A stretch of 64,000 bases of DNA from the human T2T-CHM13v2.0 reference genome, Homo sapiens: the NCBI RefSeq assembly GCF_009914755.1, contig NC_060945.1, one strand, 5' to 3'. Shown in pieces: positions 1 to 12,900 of the stretch (position 1 is the first letter of the stretch; the number at the start of each line of letters is the position of its first letter). Both the position numbers and the translations under genes were made by a program. The notes below the pieces were generated by a model, which was not told the DNA's origin, did not search any database, and saw only the letters and a list, made by a program, of their open reading frames with translations.

Positions 1-127
1 ACTTCCACAAACTACAAAAAGAGTGTTTCAAACCTGCTCTATGAAAGGCGATGTTCATCTCTATGAGTTGAATGGAAATATCCGAAAGAAATTTCTGGGA
101 ATGCTGCTGTCTAGTGTTTATACGAAT

Positions 128-144
128 TCCCGCTTCCAACGAAA
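128..144 (-). promoter_or_regulatory. CENP-B box (monomer m1); representative of ~170 box positions in the window, 5 per 11-mer
   Basis: The + strand tcccgcttccaacgaaa reads TTTCGTTGGAAGCGGGA on the minus strand. This matches the consensus YTTCGTTGGAARCGGGA with all nine essential bases (TTCG....A..CGGG). Confidence 0.97.
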
Positions 145-468
145 TCCTCAAAGCAATCCAAATATCCACTTGCAGAATCCACAAAAAGAGTGTTTCAAAA
201 CTGCTCTATCAATAGAAAGGTTCAACTCTTTTAGTTGAGTACACACATCACGAACAAGTTTCTGAGAATGCTTCTGTCTGGCTTTTATTGGAAGACGTTT
301 CCTTATCACCAAAGGCATCAAAGCGCTCCAAATGTCCACTTCCAGATTCTTCCAAAAGAGTGTTTCAAACGTGCTCAAAGTAAGGGAATGTTCAACTCTG
401 TGACTTGAATGCAGATATCACCAAGTAGTTTCTAATAGTGCTTCTGTCTAGATTTTAGATGATGATAT

Positions 469-485
469 TCCCGTTTCCAACGAAA
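469..485 (-). promoter_or_regulatory. CENP-B box (monomer m3)
   Basis: tcccgtttccaacgaaa reads TTTCGTTGGAAACGGGA on the minus strand; canonical. Confidence 0.97.
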
Positions 486-639
486 TCGTTAGAGCTATCC
501 AAATATCCAGTTACAGTTTCTACAAAAAGAGTGTTTCCAAACTGCTGCATCAAAAGAAAGGTTCAACTCTGTTAGTTGAGGACACACATCACAAAGAAGT
601 TTGTGAGAATGCTTCTGTCTAGATTTTGTATGACGATAT

Positions 640-656
640 TCCCTTTTCCAACGATA
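640..656 (-). other. Degenerate CENP-B box fixed in monomer m4 of the HOR copies inspected
   Basis: tcccttttccaacgata reads TATCGTTGGAAAAGGGA. Essential positions are changed (TTCG->ATCG, CGGG->AGGG), so it is predicted not to bind. Confidence 0.9.
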
Positions 657-977
657 TCGTTAAAGCAATCTAAATATCAATTTGCAGAATCCACAAAAAT
701 AGAGTTTCAAAGCTGCTCTGTAAAAATAAAAGTTCCACTCTGTTAGCTGAGTACACACATCACAAACTTGTTTCTGAGAATCCTTCTGTCTCGTTTTTAT
801 GGGAAGATATTTACTTTTTCACCGTAGGCATCAAAGCGCTCCAAATGTCCACATCCAGATACTCCAGAAAGACTGTTTCAAACCTGCTCTATGAAAGGGA
901 ATCTTCAACTCTATGAGTTGAATGCAGACATCAGAAAGAAATTTCTGAGAATGCTGCTGTCTACCTTTTATTTGAAT

Positions 978-994
978 TCCCGCTTCCAACGAAA
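978..994 (-). promoter_or_regulatory. CENP-B box (monomer m6); the same box recurs at 1658-1674 and in m10 at 2338-2354
   Basis: tcccgcttccaacgaaa; canonical box overlapping the EcoRI site. Confidence 0.97.
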
Positions 995-1319
995 TCCTCC
1001 AAGCTATCCAAATATCCACTTGCATTTTCCACAAAAAGAGTGTTTCAAAACTGCTCTATCAATAGAAATGTTCAACTCCTTTAGCTGGGTACACACATCA
1101 CAAACAAGTTTCTGAGAATGCTTCTGTCTAGTTTTTATGGGAAGACGTTCCCTTTTTCACCAAAGGCATCAAAGCGCTCCAAATGTCCACTTCCAGACAC
1201 TACAAAAAGAGTGTTTCAAACGTGCTCTAAGAAAGCGAATGTTCAACTCTGTGACTTGAATGCAGATATCACAAAGTAGTTTCTGAGAGGGCTTCTGTCT
1301 AGATTTTAGATGATGATAT

Positions 1320-1336
1320 TCCCGTTTCCAACGAAA
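1320..1336 (-). promoter_or_regulatory. CENP-B box (monomer m8); the same box recurs at 2000-2016
   Basis: tcccgtttccaacgaaa; canonical. Confidence 0.97.
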
Positions 1337-2510
1337 TCATTAGAGCTATCCAAATATCCACTTACAGTTTCTATAAAAAGAGTGTTTCCAAACTGCTGCA
1401 TCAAAAGAGAGGTTCCACTCTGTTAGCCGAGTACACACATCACAAACTTGTTTCTCAGAATCCTTCTGTCTCGTTTTTATGGGAAGATATTTACTTTTCC
1501 ACCGTAGGCATCAAAGCGCTCCAAATGTCCACATCCAGATACTCCAGAAAGAGTGTTTCAAACCTGCTCTATGAAAGGGAATCTTCAACTCTATGAGTTG
1601 AATGCAGACATCAGAAAGAAATTTCTGAGAATGCTGCTGTCTACCTTTTATTTGAATTCCCGCTTCCAACGAAATCCTCCAAGCTATCCAAATATCCACC
1701 TGCATTTTCCACAACAAGAGTGTTTCAAAACTGCTCTATCAATAGAAATGTTCAACTCCTTTGGCTGGGTACACACATCACAAACAAGTTTCTGAGCATG
1801 CTTCTGTCTAGTTTTTATGGGAAGACATTCCCTTTTTCACCAAAGGCATCAAAGCGCTCCAAATGTCCACTTCCAGACACTACAAAAAGAGTGTTTCAAA
1901 CGTGCTCTAAGAAAACGAATGTTCAACTCTGTGACTTGAATGCAGATATCACAGAGTAGTTTCTGAGAGGGCTTCTGTCTAGATTTTAGATGATGATATT
2001 CCCGTTTCCAACGAAATCATTAGAGCTATCCAAATATCCACTTACAGTTTCTACAAAAAGAGTGTTTCCAAACTGCTGCATCAAAAGAGAGGTTCCACTC
2101 TGTTAGCTGAGTACACACATCACAAACTTGTTTCTCAGAATCCTTCTGTCTCGTTTTTATGGGAAGATATTTACTTTTTCACCGTAGGCATCAAAGCGCT
2201 CCAAATGTCCACATCCAGATACTCCAGAAAGAGTGTTTCAAACCTGCTCTATGAAAGGGAATCTTCAACTCTATGAGTTGAATGCAGACATCAGAAAGAA
2301 ATTTCTGAGAATGCTGCTGTCTACCTTTTATTTGAATTCCCGCTTCCAACGAAATCCTCCAAGCTATCCAAATATCCACTTGCAGATTCCACAAAAAGAG
2401 TGTTTCAAAACTGCTCTCTATCAATGGCAAAGTTCAACTCTGTTAGTTGAGGACACATATCACCAACAAGTTTCTGAGAATGCTTCTGTCTATTTTTTAT
2501 GGGAAGATAT

Positions 2511-2527
2511 TTCCTTTTTCACCGTAG
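2511..2527 (+). promoter_or_regulatory. pJ-alpha motif of A-type monomer m11 (one exact match per canonical HOR)
   Basis: ttcctttttcaccgtag matches the described A-monomer motif TTCCTTTTYCACCRTAG at the position B monomers use for the CENP-B box. m5 and m9 carry one-mismatch versions. The function of this motif is poorly established. Confidence 0.7.
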
Positions 2528-2550
2528 GCGTCAAGGCGATCGAAATGTCC

Positions 2551-4420
2551 ACTTCCACAAACTACAAAAAGAGTGTTTCAAACCTGCTCTATGAAAGGCC
2601 ATGTTCATCTCTATGAGTTGAATGGAAATATCCGAAAGAAATTTCTGGGAATGCTGCTGTCTAGTGTTTATACGAATTCCCGCTTCCAACGAAATCCTCA
2701 AAGCAATCCAAATATCCACTTGCAGAATCCACAAAAAGAGTGTTTCAAAACTGCTCTATCAATAGAAAGGTTCAACTCTTTTAGTTGAGTACACACATCA
2801 CGAACAAGTTTCTGAGAATGCTTCTGTCTGGCTTTTATTGGAAGACGTTTCCTTTTCACCAAAGGCATCAAAGCGCTCCAAATGTCCACTTCCAGATTCT
2901 TCCAAAAGAGTGTTTCAAACGTGGTCGAAGTAAGGGAATGTTCAACTCTGTGACTTGAATGCAGATATCACCAAGTAGTTTCTAATAGTGCTTCTGTCTA
3001 GATTTTAGATGATGATATTCCCGTTTCCAACGAAATCGTTAGAGCTAAGCAAATATCCAGTTACAGTTTCTACCAAAAGGGTGTTTCCAAATTGCTGCAT
3101 CAAAAGAAAGGTTCAACTCTGTTAGTTGAGGACACACATCACAAAGAAGTTTGTGAGAATGCTTCTGTCTAGATTTTGTATGACGATATTCCCTTTTCCA
3201 ACGATATCGTTAAAGCAATCTAAATATCAATTTGCAGAATCCACAAAAATAGCGTTTCAAAGCTGCTCTGTAAAAAGAAAGGTTCCACTCTGTTAGCTGA
3301 GTACACACATCACAAACTTGTTTCTGAGAATCCTTCTGTCTCGTTTTTATGGGAAGATATTTACTTTTCCACCGTAGGCATCAAAGCGCTCCAAATGTCC
3401 ACATCCAGATACTCCAGAACGAGTGTTTCAAACCTGCTCTATGAAAGGGAATCTTCAACTCTATGAGTTGAATGCAGACATCAGAAAGAAATTTCTGAGA
3501 ATGCTGCTGTCTACCTTTTATTTGAATTCCCGCTTCCAACGAAATCCTCCAAGCTATCCAAATATCCACCTGCATTTTCCACAACAAGAGTGTTTCAAAA
3601 CTGCTCTATCAATAGAAATGTTCAACTCCTTTGGCTGGGTACACACATCACAAACAAGTTTCTGAGAATGCTTCTGTCTAGTTTTTATGGGAAGACGTTC
3701 CCTTTTTCACCAAAGGCATCAAAGCGCTCCAAATGTCCACTTCCAGACACTACAAAAAGAGTGTTTCCAACGTGCCCTAAGAAAGCGAATGTTCAACTCT
3801 GTGACTTGAATGCAGATATCACAAAGTAGTTTCTGAGAGGGCTTCTGTCTAGATTTTAGATGATGATATTCCCGTTTCCAACGAAATCATTAGAGCTATC
3901 CAAATATCCACTTACAGTTTCTACAAAAAGAGTGTTTCCAAACTGCTGCATCAAAAGAGAGGTTCCACTCTGTTAGCTGAGTACACACATCACAAACTTG
4001 TTTCTCAGAATCCTTCTGTCTCGTTTTTATGGGAAGATATTTACTTTTTCACCGTAGGCATCAAAGCGCTCCAAATGTCCACATCCAGATACTCCAGAAA
4101 GAGTGTTTCAAACCTGCTCTATGAAAGGGAATCTTCAACTCTATGAGTTGAATGCAGACATCAGAAAGAAATTTCTGAGAATGCTGCTGTCTACCTTTTA
4201 TTTGAATTCCCGCTTCCAACGAAATCCTCCAAGCTATCCAAATATCCACTTGCAGATTCCACAAAAAGAGTGTTTCAAAACTGCTCTCTATCAATGGCAA
4301 AGTTCAACTCTGTTAGTTGAGGACACATATCACCAACAAGTTTCTGAGAATGCTTCTGTCTATTTTTTATGGGAAGATATTTCCTTTTTCACCGTAGGCG
4401 TCAAGGCGATCGAAATGTCC
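2551..4420 (-). repeat. Representative canonical 11-mer HOR; assigned to the SF2 chr13/21 live array (D13Z1/D21Z1, S2C13/21H1L)
   Basis: Seen: 11 monomers, which I label m1-m11, starting near 2651, 2818, 2988, 3159, 3330, 3501, 3668, 3839, 4010, 4181 and 4350. EcoRI GAATTC at 2674, 3524, 4204 and 4544 gives 850/680/340 bp. Established: the chr13/21 alphoid HOR is a ~1.9-kb 11-mer with 680- and ~850-bp EcoRI fragments and near-alternating CENP-B boxes. Chromosome 13 versus 21 cannot be resolved by eye. Confidence 0.88.
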
Positions 4421-6970
4421 ACTTCCACAAACTACAAAAAGAGTGTTTCAAACCTGCTCTATGAAAGGCGATGTTCATCTCTATGAGTTGAATGGAAATA
4501 TCCGAAAGAAATTTCTGGGAATGCTGCTGTCTAGTGTTTATACGAATTCCCGCTTCCAACGAAATCCTCAAAGCAATCCAAATATCCACTTGCAGAATCC
4601 ACAAAAAGAGTGTTTCAAAACTGCTCTATCAATAGAAAGGTTCAACTCTTTTAGTTGAGTACACACATCACGAACAAGTTTCTGAGAATGCTTCTGTCTG
4701 GCTTTTATTGGAAGACGTTTCCTTATCACCAAAGGCATCAAAGCGCTCCAAATGTCCACTTCCAGATTCTTCCAAAAGAGTGTTTCAAACGTGCTCAAAG
4801 TAAGGGAATGTTCAACTCTGTGACTTGAATGCAGATATCACCAAGTAGTTTCTAATAGTGCTTCTGTCTAGATTTTAGATGATGATATTCCCGTTTCCAA
4901 CGAAATCGTTAGAGCTATCCAAATATCCAGTTACAGTTTCTACAAAAAGAGTGTTTCCAAACTGCTGCATCAAAAGAAAGGTTCAACTCTGTTAGTTGAG
5001 GACACACATCACAAAGAAGTTTGTGAGAATGCTTCTGTCTAGATTTTGTATGACGATATTCCCTTTTCCAACGATATCGTTAAAGCAATCTAAATATCAA
5101 TTTGCAGAATCCACAAAAATAGAGTTTCAAAGCTGCTCTGTAAAAATAAAAGTTCCACTCTGTTAGCTGAGTACACACATCACAAACTTGTTTCTGAGAA
5201 TCCTTCTGTCTCGTTTTTATGGGAAGATATTTACTTTTTCACCGTAGGCATCAAAGCGCTCCAAATGTCCACATCCAGATACTCCAGAAAGACTGTTTCA
5301 AACCTGCTCTATGAAAGGGAATCTTCAACTCTATGAGTTGAATGCAGACATCAGAAAGAAATTTCTGAGAATGCTGCTGTCTACCTTTTATTTGAATTCC
5401 CGCTTCCAACGAAATCCTCCAAGCTATCCAAATATCCACTTGCATTTTCCACAAAAAGAGTGTTTCAAAACTGCTCTATCAATAGAAATGTTCAACTCCT
5501 TTAGCTGGGTACACACATCACAAACAAGTTTCTGAGAATGCTTCTGTCTAGTTTTTATGGGAAGACGTTCCCTTTTTCACCAAAGGCATCAAAGCGCTCC
5601 AAATGTCCACTTCCAGACACTACAAAAAGAGTGTTTCAAACGTGCTCTAAGAAAGCGAATGTTCAACTCTGTGACTTGAATGCAGATATCACAAAGTAGT
5701 TTCTGAGAGGGCTTCTGTCTAGATTTTAGATGATGATATTCCCGTTTCCAACGAAATCATTAGAGCTATCCAAATATCCACTTACAGTTTCTATAAAAAG
5801 AGTGTTTCCAAACTGCTGCATCAAAAGAGAGGTTCCACTCTGTTAGCCGAGTACACACATCACAAACTTGTTTCTCAGAATCCTTCTGTCTCGTTTTTAT
5901 GGGAAGATATTTACTTTTCCACCGTAGGCATCAAAGCGCTCCAAATGTCCACATCCAGATACTCCAGAAAGAGTGTTTCAAACCTGCTCTATGAAAGGGA
6001 ATCTTCAACTCTATGAGTTGAATGCAGACATCAGAAAGAAATTTCTGAGAATGCTGCTGTCTACCTTTTATTTGAATTCCCGCTTCCAACGAAATCCTCC
6101 AAGCTATCCAAATATCCACCTGCATTTTCCACAACAAGAGTGTTTCAAAACTGCTCTATCAATAGAAATGTTCAACTCCTTTGGCTGGGTACACACATCA
6201 CAAACAAGTTTCTGAGCATGCTTCTGTCTAGTTTTTATGGGAAGACATTCCCTTTTTCACCAAAGGCATCAAAGCGCTCCAAATGTCCACTTCCAGACAC
6301 TACAAAAAGAGTGTTTCAAACGTGCTCTAAGAAAACGAATGTTCAACTCTGTGACTTGAATGCAGATATCACAGAGTAGTTTCTGAGAGGGCTTCTGTCT
6401 AGATTTTAGATGATGATATTCCCGTTTCCAACGAAATCATTAGAGCTATCCAAATATCCACTTACAGTTTCTACAAAAAGAGTGTTTCCAAACTGCTGCA
6501 TCAAAAGAGAGGTTCCACTCTGTTAGCTGAGTACACACATCACAAACTTGTTTCTCAGAATCCTTCTGTCTCGTTTTTATGGGAAGATATTTACTTTTTC
6601 ACCGTAGGCATCAAAGCGCTCCAAATGTCCACATCCAGATACTCCAGAAAGAGTGTTTCAAACCTGCTCTATGAAAGGGAATCTTCAACTCTATGAGTTG
6701 AATGCAGACATCAGAAAGAAATTTCTGAGAATGCTGCTGTCTACCTTTTATTTGAATTCCCGCTTCCAACGAAATCCTCCAAGCTATCCAAATATCCACT
6801 TGCAGATTCCACAAAAAGAGTGTTTCAAAACTGCTCTCTATCAATGGCAAAGTTCAACTCTGTTAGTTGAGGACACATATCACCAACAAGTTTCTGAGAA
6901 TGCTTCTGTCTATTTTTTATGGGAAGATATTTCCTTTTTCACCGTAGGCGTCAAGGCGATCGAAATGTCC
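4421..6970 (-). repeat. 15-mer HOR structural variant, copy 2
   Basis: Anchor spacing 4443->6993 = 2550. It shares the rare variants of copy 1 at offset 4420 (ccttatcacc 301/4721, taaaaataaa 721/5141, gactgtttca 871/5291). Confidence 0.95.
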
Positions 6971-9900
6971 ACTTCCACAAACTACAAAAAGAGTGTTTCA
7001 AACCTGCTCTATGAAAGGCCATGTTCATCTCTATGAGTTGAATGGAAATATCCGAAAGAAATTTCTGGGAATGCTGCTGTCTAGTGTTTATACGAATTCC
7101 CGCTTCCAACGAAATCCTCAAAGCAATCCAAATATCCACTTGCAGAATCCACAAAAAGAGTGTTTCAAAACTGCTCTATCAATAGAAAGGTTCAACTCTT
7201 TTAGTTGAGTACACACATCACGAACAAGTTTCTGAGAATGCTTCTGTCTGGCTTTTATTGGAAGACGTTTCCTTTTCACCAAAGGCATCAAAGCGCTCCA
7301 AATGTCCACTTCCAGATTCTTCCAAAAGAGTGTTTCAAACGTGCTCAAAGTAAGGGAATGTTCAACTCTGTGACTTGAATGCAGATATCACCAAGTAGTT
7401 TCTAATAGTGCTTCTGTCTAGATTTCAGATGATGATATTCCCGTTTCCAACGAAATCGTTAGAGCTAAGCAAATATCCAGTTACAGTTTCTACCAAAAGG
7501 GTGTTTCCAAATTGCTGCATCAAAAGAAAGGTTCAACTCTGTTAGTTGAGGACACACATCACAAAGAAGTTTGTGAGAATGCTTCTGTCTAGATTTTGTA
7601 TGACGATATTCCCTTTTCCAACGATATCGTTAAAGCAATCTAAATATCAATTTGCAGAATCCACAAAAATAGAGTTTCAAAGCTGCTCTGTAAAAAGAAA
7701 GGTTCCACTCTGTTAGCTGAGTACACACATCACAAACTTGTTTCTGAGAATCCTTCTGTCTCGTTTTTATGGGAAGATATTTACTTTTCCACCGTAGGCA
7801 TCAAAGCGCTCCAAATGTCCACATCCAGATACTCCAGAAAGAGTGTTTCAAACCTGCTCTATGAAAGGGAATCTTCAACTCTATGAGTTGAATGCAGACA
7901 TCAGAAAGAAATTTCTGAGAATGCTGCTGTCTACCTTTTATTTGAATTCCCGCTTCCAACGAAATCCTCCAAGCTATCCAAATATCCACCTGCATTTTCC
8001 ACAAAAAGAGTGTTTCAAAACTGCTCTATCAATAGAAATGTTCAACTCCTTTGGCTGGGTACACACATCACAAACAAGTTTCTGAGCATGCTTCTGTCTA
8101 GTTTTTATGGGAAGACATTCCCTTTTTCACCAAAGGCATCAAAGCGCTCCAAATGTCCACTTCCAGACACTACAAAAAGAGTGTTTCAAACGTGCTCTAA
8201 GAAAACGAATGTTCAACTCTGTGACTTGAATGCAGATATCACAGAGTAGTTTCTGAGAGGGCTTCTGTCTAGATTTTAGATGATGATATTCCCGTTTCCA
8301 ACGAAATCATTAGAGCTATCCAAATATCCACTTACAGTTTCTACAAAAAGAGTGTTTCCAAACTGCTGCATCAAAAGAGAGGTTCCACTCTGTTAGCTGA
8401 GTACACACATCACAAACTTGTTTCTCAGAATCCTTCTGTCTCGTTTTTATGGGAAGATATTTACTTTTTCACCGTAGGCATCAAAGCGCTCCAAATGTCC
8501 ACATCCAGATAGTACAGAAAGAGTTTTTCAAACCTGCTCTATGAAAGGGAATCTTCAACTCTATGAGTTGAATGCAGACATCAGAAAGAAATTTCTGAGA
8601 ATGCTGCTGTCTACCTTTTATTTGAATTCCCGCTTCCAACGAAATCCTCCAAGCTATCCAAATATCCACTTGCAGATTCCACAAAAAGAGTGTTTCAAAA
8701 CTGCTCTCTATCAATGGCAAAGTTCAACTCTGTTAGTTGAGGACACATATCACCAACAAGTTTCTGAGAATGCTTCTGTCTATTTTTTATGGGAAGATAT
8801 TTCCTTTTTCACCGTAGGCGTCAAGGCGATCGAAATGTCCACTTCCACAAACTACAAAAAGAGTGTTTCAAACCTGCTCTATGAAAGGCCATGTTCATCT
8901 CTATGAGTTGAATGGAAATATCCGAAAGAAATTTCTGGGAATGCTGCTGTCTAGTGTTTATACGAATTCCCGCTTCCAACGAAATCCTCAAAGCAATCCA
9001 AATATCCACTTGCAGAATCCACAAAAAGAGTGTTTCAAAACTGCTCTATCAATAGAAAGGTTCAACTCTTTTAGTTGAGTACACACATCACGAACAAGTT
9101 TCTGAGAATGCTTCTGTCTGGCTTTTATTGGAAGACGTTTCCTTTTCACCAAAGGCATCAAAGCGCTCCAAATGTCCACTTCCAGATTCTTCCAAAAGAG
9201 TGTTTCAAACGTGCTCAAAGTAAGGGAATGTTCAACTCTGTGACTTGAATGCAGATATCACCAAGTAGTTTCTAATAGTGCTTCTGTCTAGATTTCAGAT
9301 GATGATATTCCCGTTTCCAACGAAATCGTTAGAGCTAAGCAAATATCCAGTTACAGTTTCTACCAAAAGGGTGTTTCCAAATTGCTGCATCAAAAGAAAG
9401 GTTCAACTCTGTTAGTTGAGGACACACATCACAAAGAAGTTTGTGAGAATGCTTCTGTCTAGATTTTGTATGACGATATTCCCTTTTCCAACGATATCGT
9501 TAAAGCAATCTAAATATCAATTTGCAGAATCCACAAAAATAGAGTTTCAAAGCTGCTCTGTAAAAAGAAAGGTTCCACTCTGTTAGCTGAGTACACACAT
9601 CACAAACTTGTTTCTGAGAATCCTTCTGTCTCGTTTTTATGGGAAGATATTTACTTTTCCACCGTAGGCATCAAAGCGCTCCAAATGTCCACATCCAGAT
9701 ACTCCAGAACGAGTGTTTCAAACCTGCTCTATGAAAGGGAATCTTCAACTCTATGAGTTGAATGCAGACATCAGAAAGAAATTTCTGAGAATGCTGCTGT
9801 CTACCTTTTATTTGAATTCCCGCTTCCAACGAAATCCTCCAAGCTATCCAAATATCCACCTGCATTTTCCACAACAAGAGTGTTTCAAAACTGCTCTATC

Positions 9901-12900
9901 AATAGAAATGTTCAACTCCTTTGGCTGGGTACACACATCACAAACAAGTTTCTGAGAATGCTTCTGTCTAGTTTTTATGGGAAGACGTTCCCTTTTTCAC
10001 CAAAGGCATCAAAGCGCTCCAAATGTCCACTTCCAGACACTACAAAAAGAGTGTTTCAAACGTGCTCTAAGAAAGCGAATGTTCAACTCTGTGACTTGAA
10101 TGCAGATATCACAAAGTAGTTTCTGAGAGGGCTTCTGTCTAGATTTTAGATGATGATATTCCCGTTTCCAACGAAATCATTAGAGCTATCCAAATATCCA
10201 CTTACAGTTTCTACAAAAAGAGTGTTTCCAAACTGCTGCATCAAAAGAGAGGTTCCACTCTGTTAGCTGAGTACACACATCACAAACTTGTTTCTCAGAA
10301 TCCTTCTGTCTCGTTTTTATGGGAAGATATTTACTTTTTCACCGTAGGCATCAAAGCGCTCCAAATGTCCACATCCAGATACTCCAGAAAGAGTGTTTCA
10401 AACCTGCTCTATGAAAGGGAATCTTCAACTCTATGAGTTGAATGCAGACATCAGAAAGAAATTTCTGAGAATGCTGCTGTCTACCTTTTATTTGAATTCC
10501 CGCTTCCAACGAAATCCTCCAAGCTATCCAAATATCCACTTGCAGATTCCACAAAAAGAGTGTTTCAAAACTGCTCTCTATCAATGGCAAAGTTCAACTC
10601 TGTTAGTTGAGGACACATATCACCAACAAGTTTCTGAGAATGCTTCTGTCTATTTTTTATGGGAAGATATTTCCTTTTTCACCGTAGGCGTCAAGGCGAT
10701 CGAAATGTCCACTTCCACAAACTACAAAAAGAGTGTTTCAAACCTGCTCTATGAAAGGCCATGTTCATCTCTATGAGTTGAATGGAAATATCCGAAAGAA
10801 ATTTCTGGGAATGCTGCTGTCTAGTGTTTATACGAATTCCCGCTTCCAACGAAATCCTCAAAGCAATCCAAATATCCACTTGCAGAATCCACAAAAAGAG
10901 TGTTTCAAAACTGCTCTATCAATAGAAAGGTTCAACTCTTTTAGTTGAGTACACACATCACGAACAAGTTTCTGAGAATGCTTCTGTCTGGCTTTTATTG
11001 GAAGACGTTTCCTTTTCACCAAAGGCATCAAAGCGCTCCAAATGTCCACTTCCAGATTCTTCCAAAAGAGTGTTTCAAACGTGCTCAAAGTAAGGGAATG
11101 TTCAACTCTGTGACTTGAATGCAGATATCACCAAGTAGTTTCTAATAGTGCTTCTGTCTAGATTTCAGATGATGATATTCCCGTTTCCAACGAAATCGTT
11201 AGAGCTAAGCAAATATCCAGTTACAGTTTCTACCAAAAGGGTGTTTCCAAATTGCTGCATCAAAAGAAAGGTTCAACTCTGTTAGTTGAGGACACACATC
11301 ACAAAGAAGTTTGTGAGAATGCTTCTGTCTAGATTTTGTATGACGATATTCCCTTTTCCAACGATATCGTTAAAGCAATCTAAATATCAATTTGCAGAAT
11401 CCACAAAAATAGCGTTTCAAAGCTGCTCTGTAAAAAGAAAGGTTCCACTCTGTTAGCTGAGTACACACATCACAAACTTGTTTCTGAGAATCCTTCTGTC
11501 TCGTTTTTATGGGAAGATATTTACTTTTCCACCGTAGGCATCAAAGCGCTCCAAATGTCCACATCCAGATACTCCAGAACGAGTGTTTCAAACCTGCTCT
11601 ATGAAAGGGAATCTTCAACTCTATGAGTTGAATGCAGACATCAGAAAGAAATTTCTGAGAATGCTGCTGTCTACCTTTTATTTGAATTCCCGCTTCCAAC
11701 GAAATCCTCCAAGCTATCCAAATATCCACCTGCATTTTCCACAACAAGAGTGTTTCAAAACTGCTCTATCAATAGAAATGTTCAACTCCTTTGGCTGGGT
11801 ACACACATCACAAACAAGTTTCTGAGAATGCTTCTGTCTAGTTTTTATGGGAAGACGTTCCCTTTTTCACCAAAGGCATCAAAGCGCTCCAAATGTCCAC
11901 TTCCAGACACTACAAAAAGAGTGTTTCAAACGTGCTCTAAGAAAGCGAATGTTCAACTCTGTGACTTGAATGCAGATATCACAAAGTAGTTTCTGAGAGG
12001 GCTTCTGTCTAGATTTTAGATGATGATATTCCCGTTTCCAACGAAATCATTAGAGCTATCCAAATATCCACTTACAGTTTCTACAAAAAGAGTGTTTCCA
12101 AACTGCTGCATCAAAAGAGAGGTTCCACTCTGTTAGCCGAGTACACACATCACAAACTTGTTTCTCAGAATCCTTCTGTCTCGTTTTTATGGGAAGATAT
12201 TTACTTTTTCACCGTAGGCATCAAAGCGCTCCAAATGTCCACATCCAGATACTCCAGAAAGAGTGTTTCAAACCTGCTCTATGAAAGGGAATCTTCAACT
12301 CTATGAGTTGAATGCAGACATCAGAAAGAAATTTCTGAGAATGCTGCTGTCTACCTTTTATTTGAATTCCCGCTTCCAACGAAATCCTCCAAGCTATCCA
12401 AATATCCACTTGCAGATTCCACAAAAAGAGTGTTTCAAAACTGCTATCAATGGCAAAGTTCAACTCTGTTAGTTGAGGACACATATCACCAACAAGTTTC
12501 TGAGAATGCTTCTGTCTATTTCTTATGGGAAGATATTTCCTTTTTCAGCGTAGGCGTCAAGGCGATCGAAATGTCCACTTCCACAAACTACAAAAAGAGT
12601 GTTTCAAACCTGCTCTATGAAAGGCCATGTTCATCTCTATGAGTTGAATGGAAATATCCGAAAGAAATTTCTGGGAATGCTGCTGTCTAGTGTTTATACG
12701 AATTCCCGCTTCCAACGAAATCCTCAAAGCAATCCAAATATCCACTTGCAGAATCTACAAAAAGAGTGTTTCAAAACTGCTCTATCAATAGAAAGGTTCA
12801 AATCTTTTAGTTGAGTACACACATCACGAACAAGTTTCTGAGAATGCTTCTGTCTGGCTTTTATTGGAAGACGTTTCCTTTTCACCAAAGGCATCAAAGT

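Larger units (their letters stand above)
1..2550 (-). repeat. 15-mer HOR structural variant (11-mer plus a 680-bp tetramer), copy 1
   Basis: Anchor spacing 23->2573 = 2550 = 1870+680. EcoRI sites at 124, 974, 1654, 2334 and 2674 give 850/680/680/340, so the m5-m8 tetramer is present twice. Confidence 0.95.
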
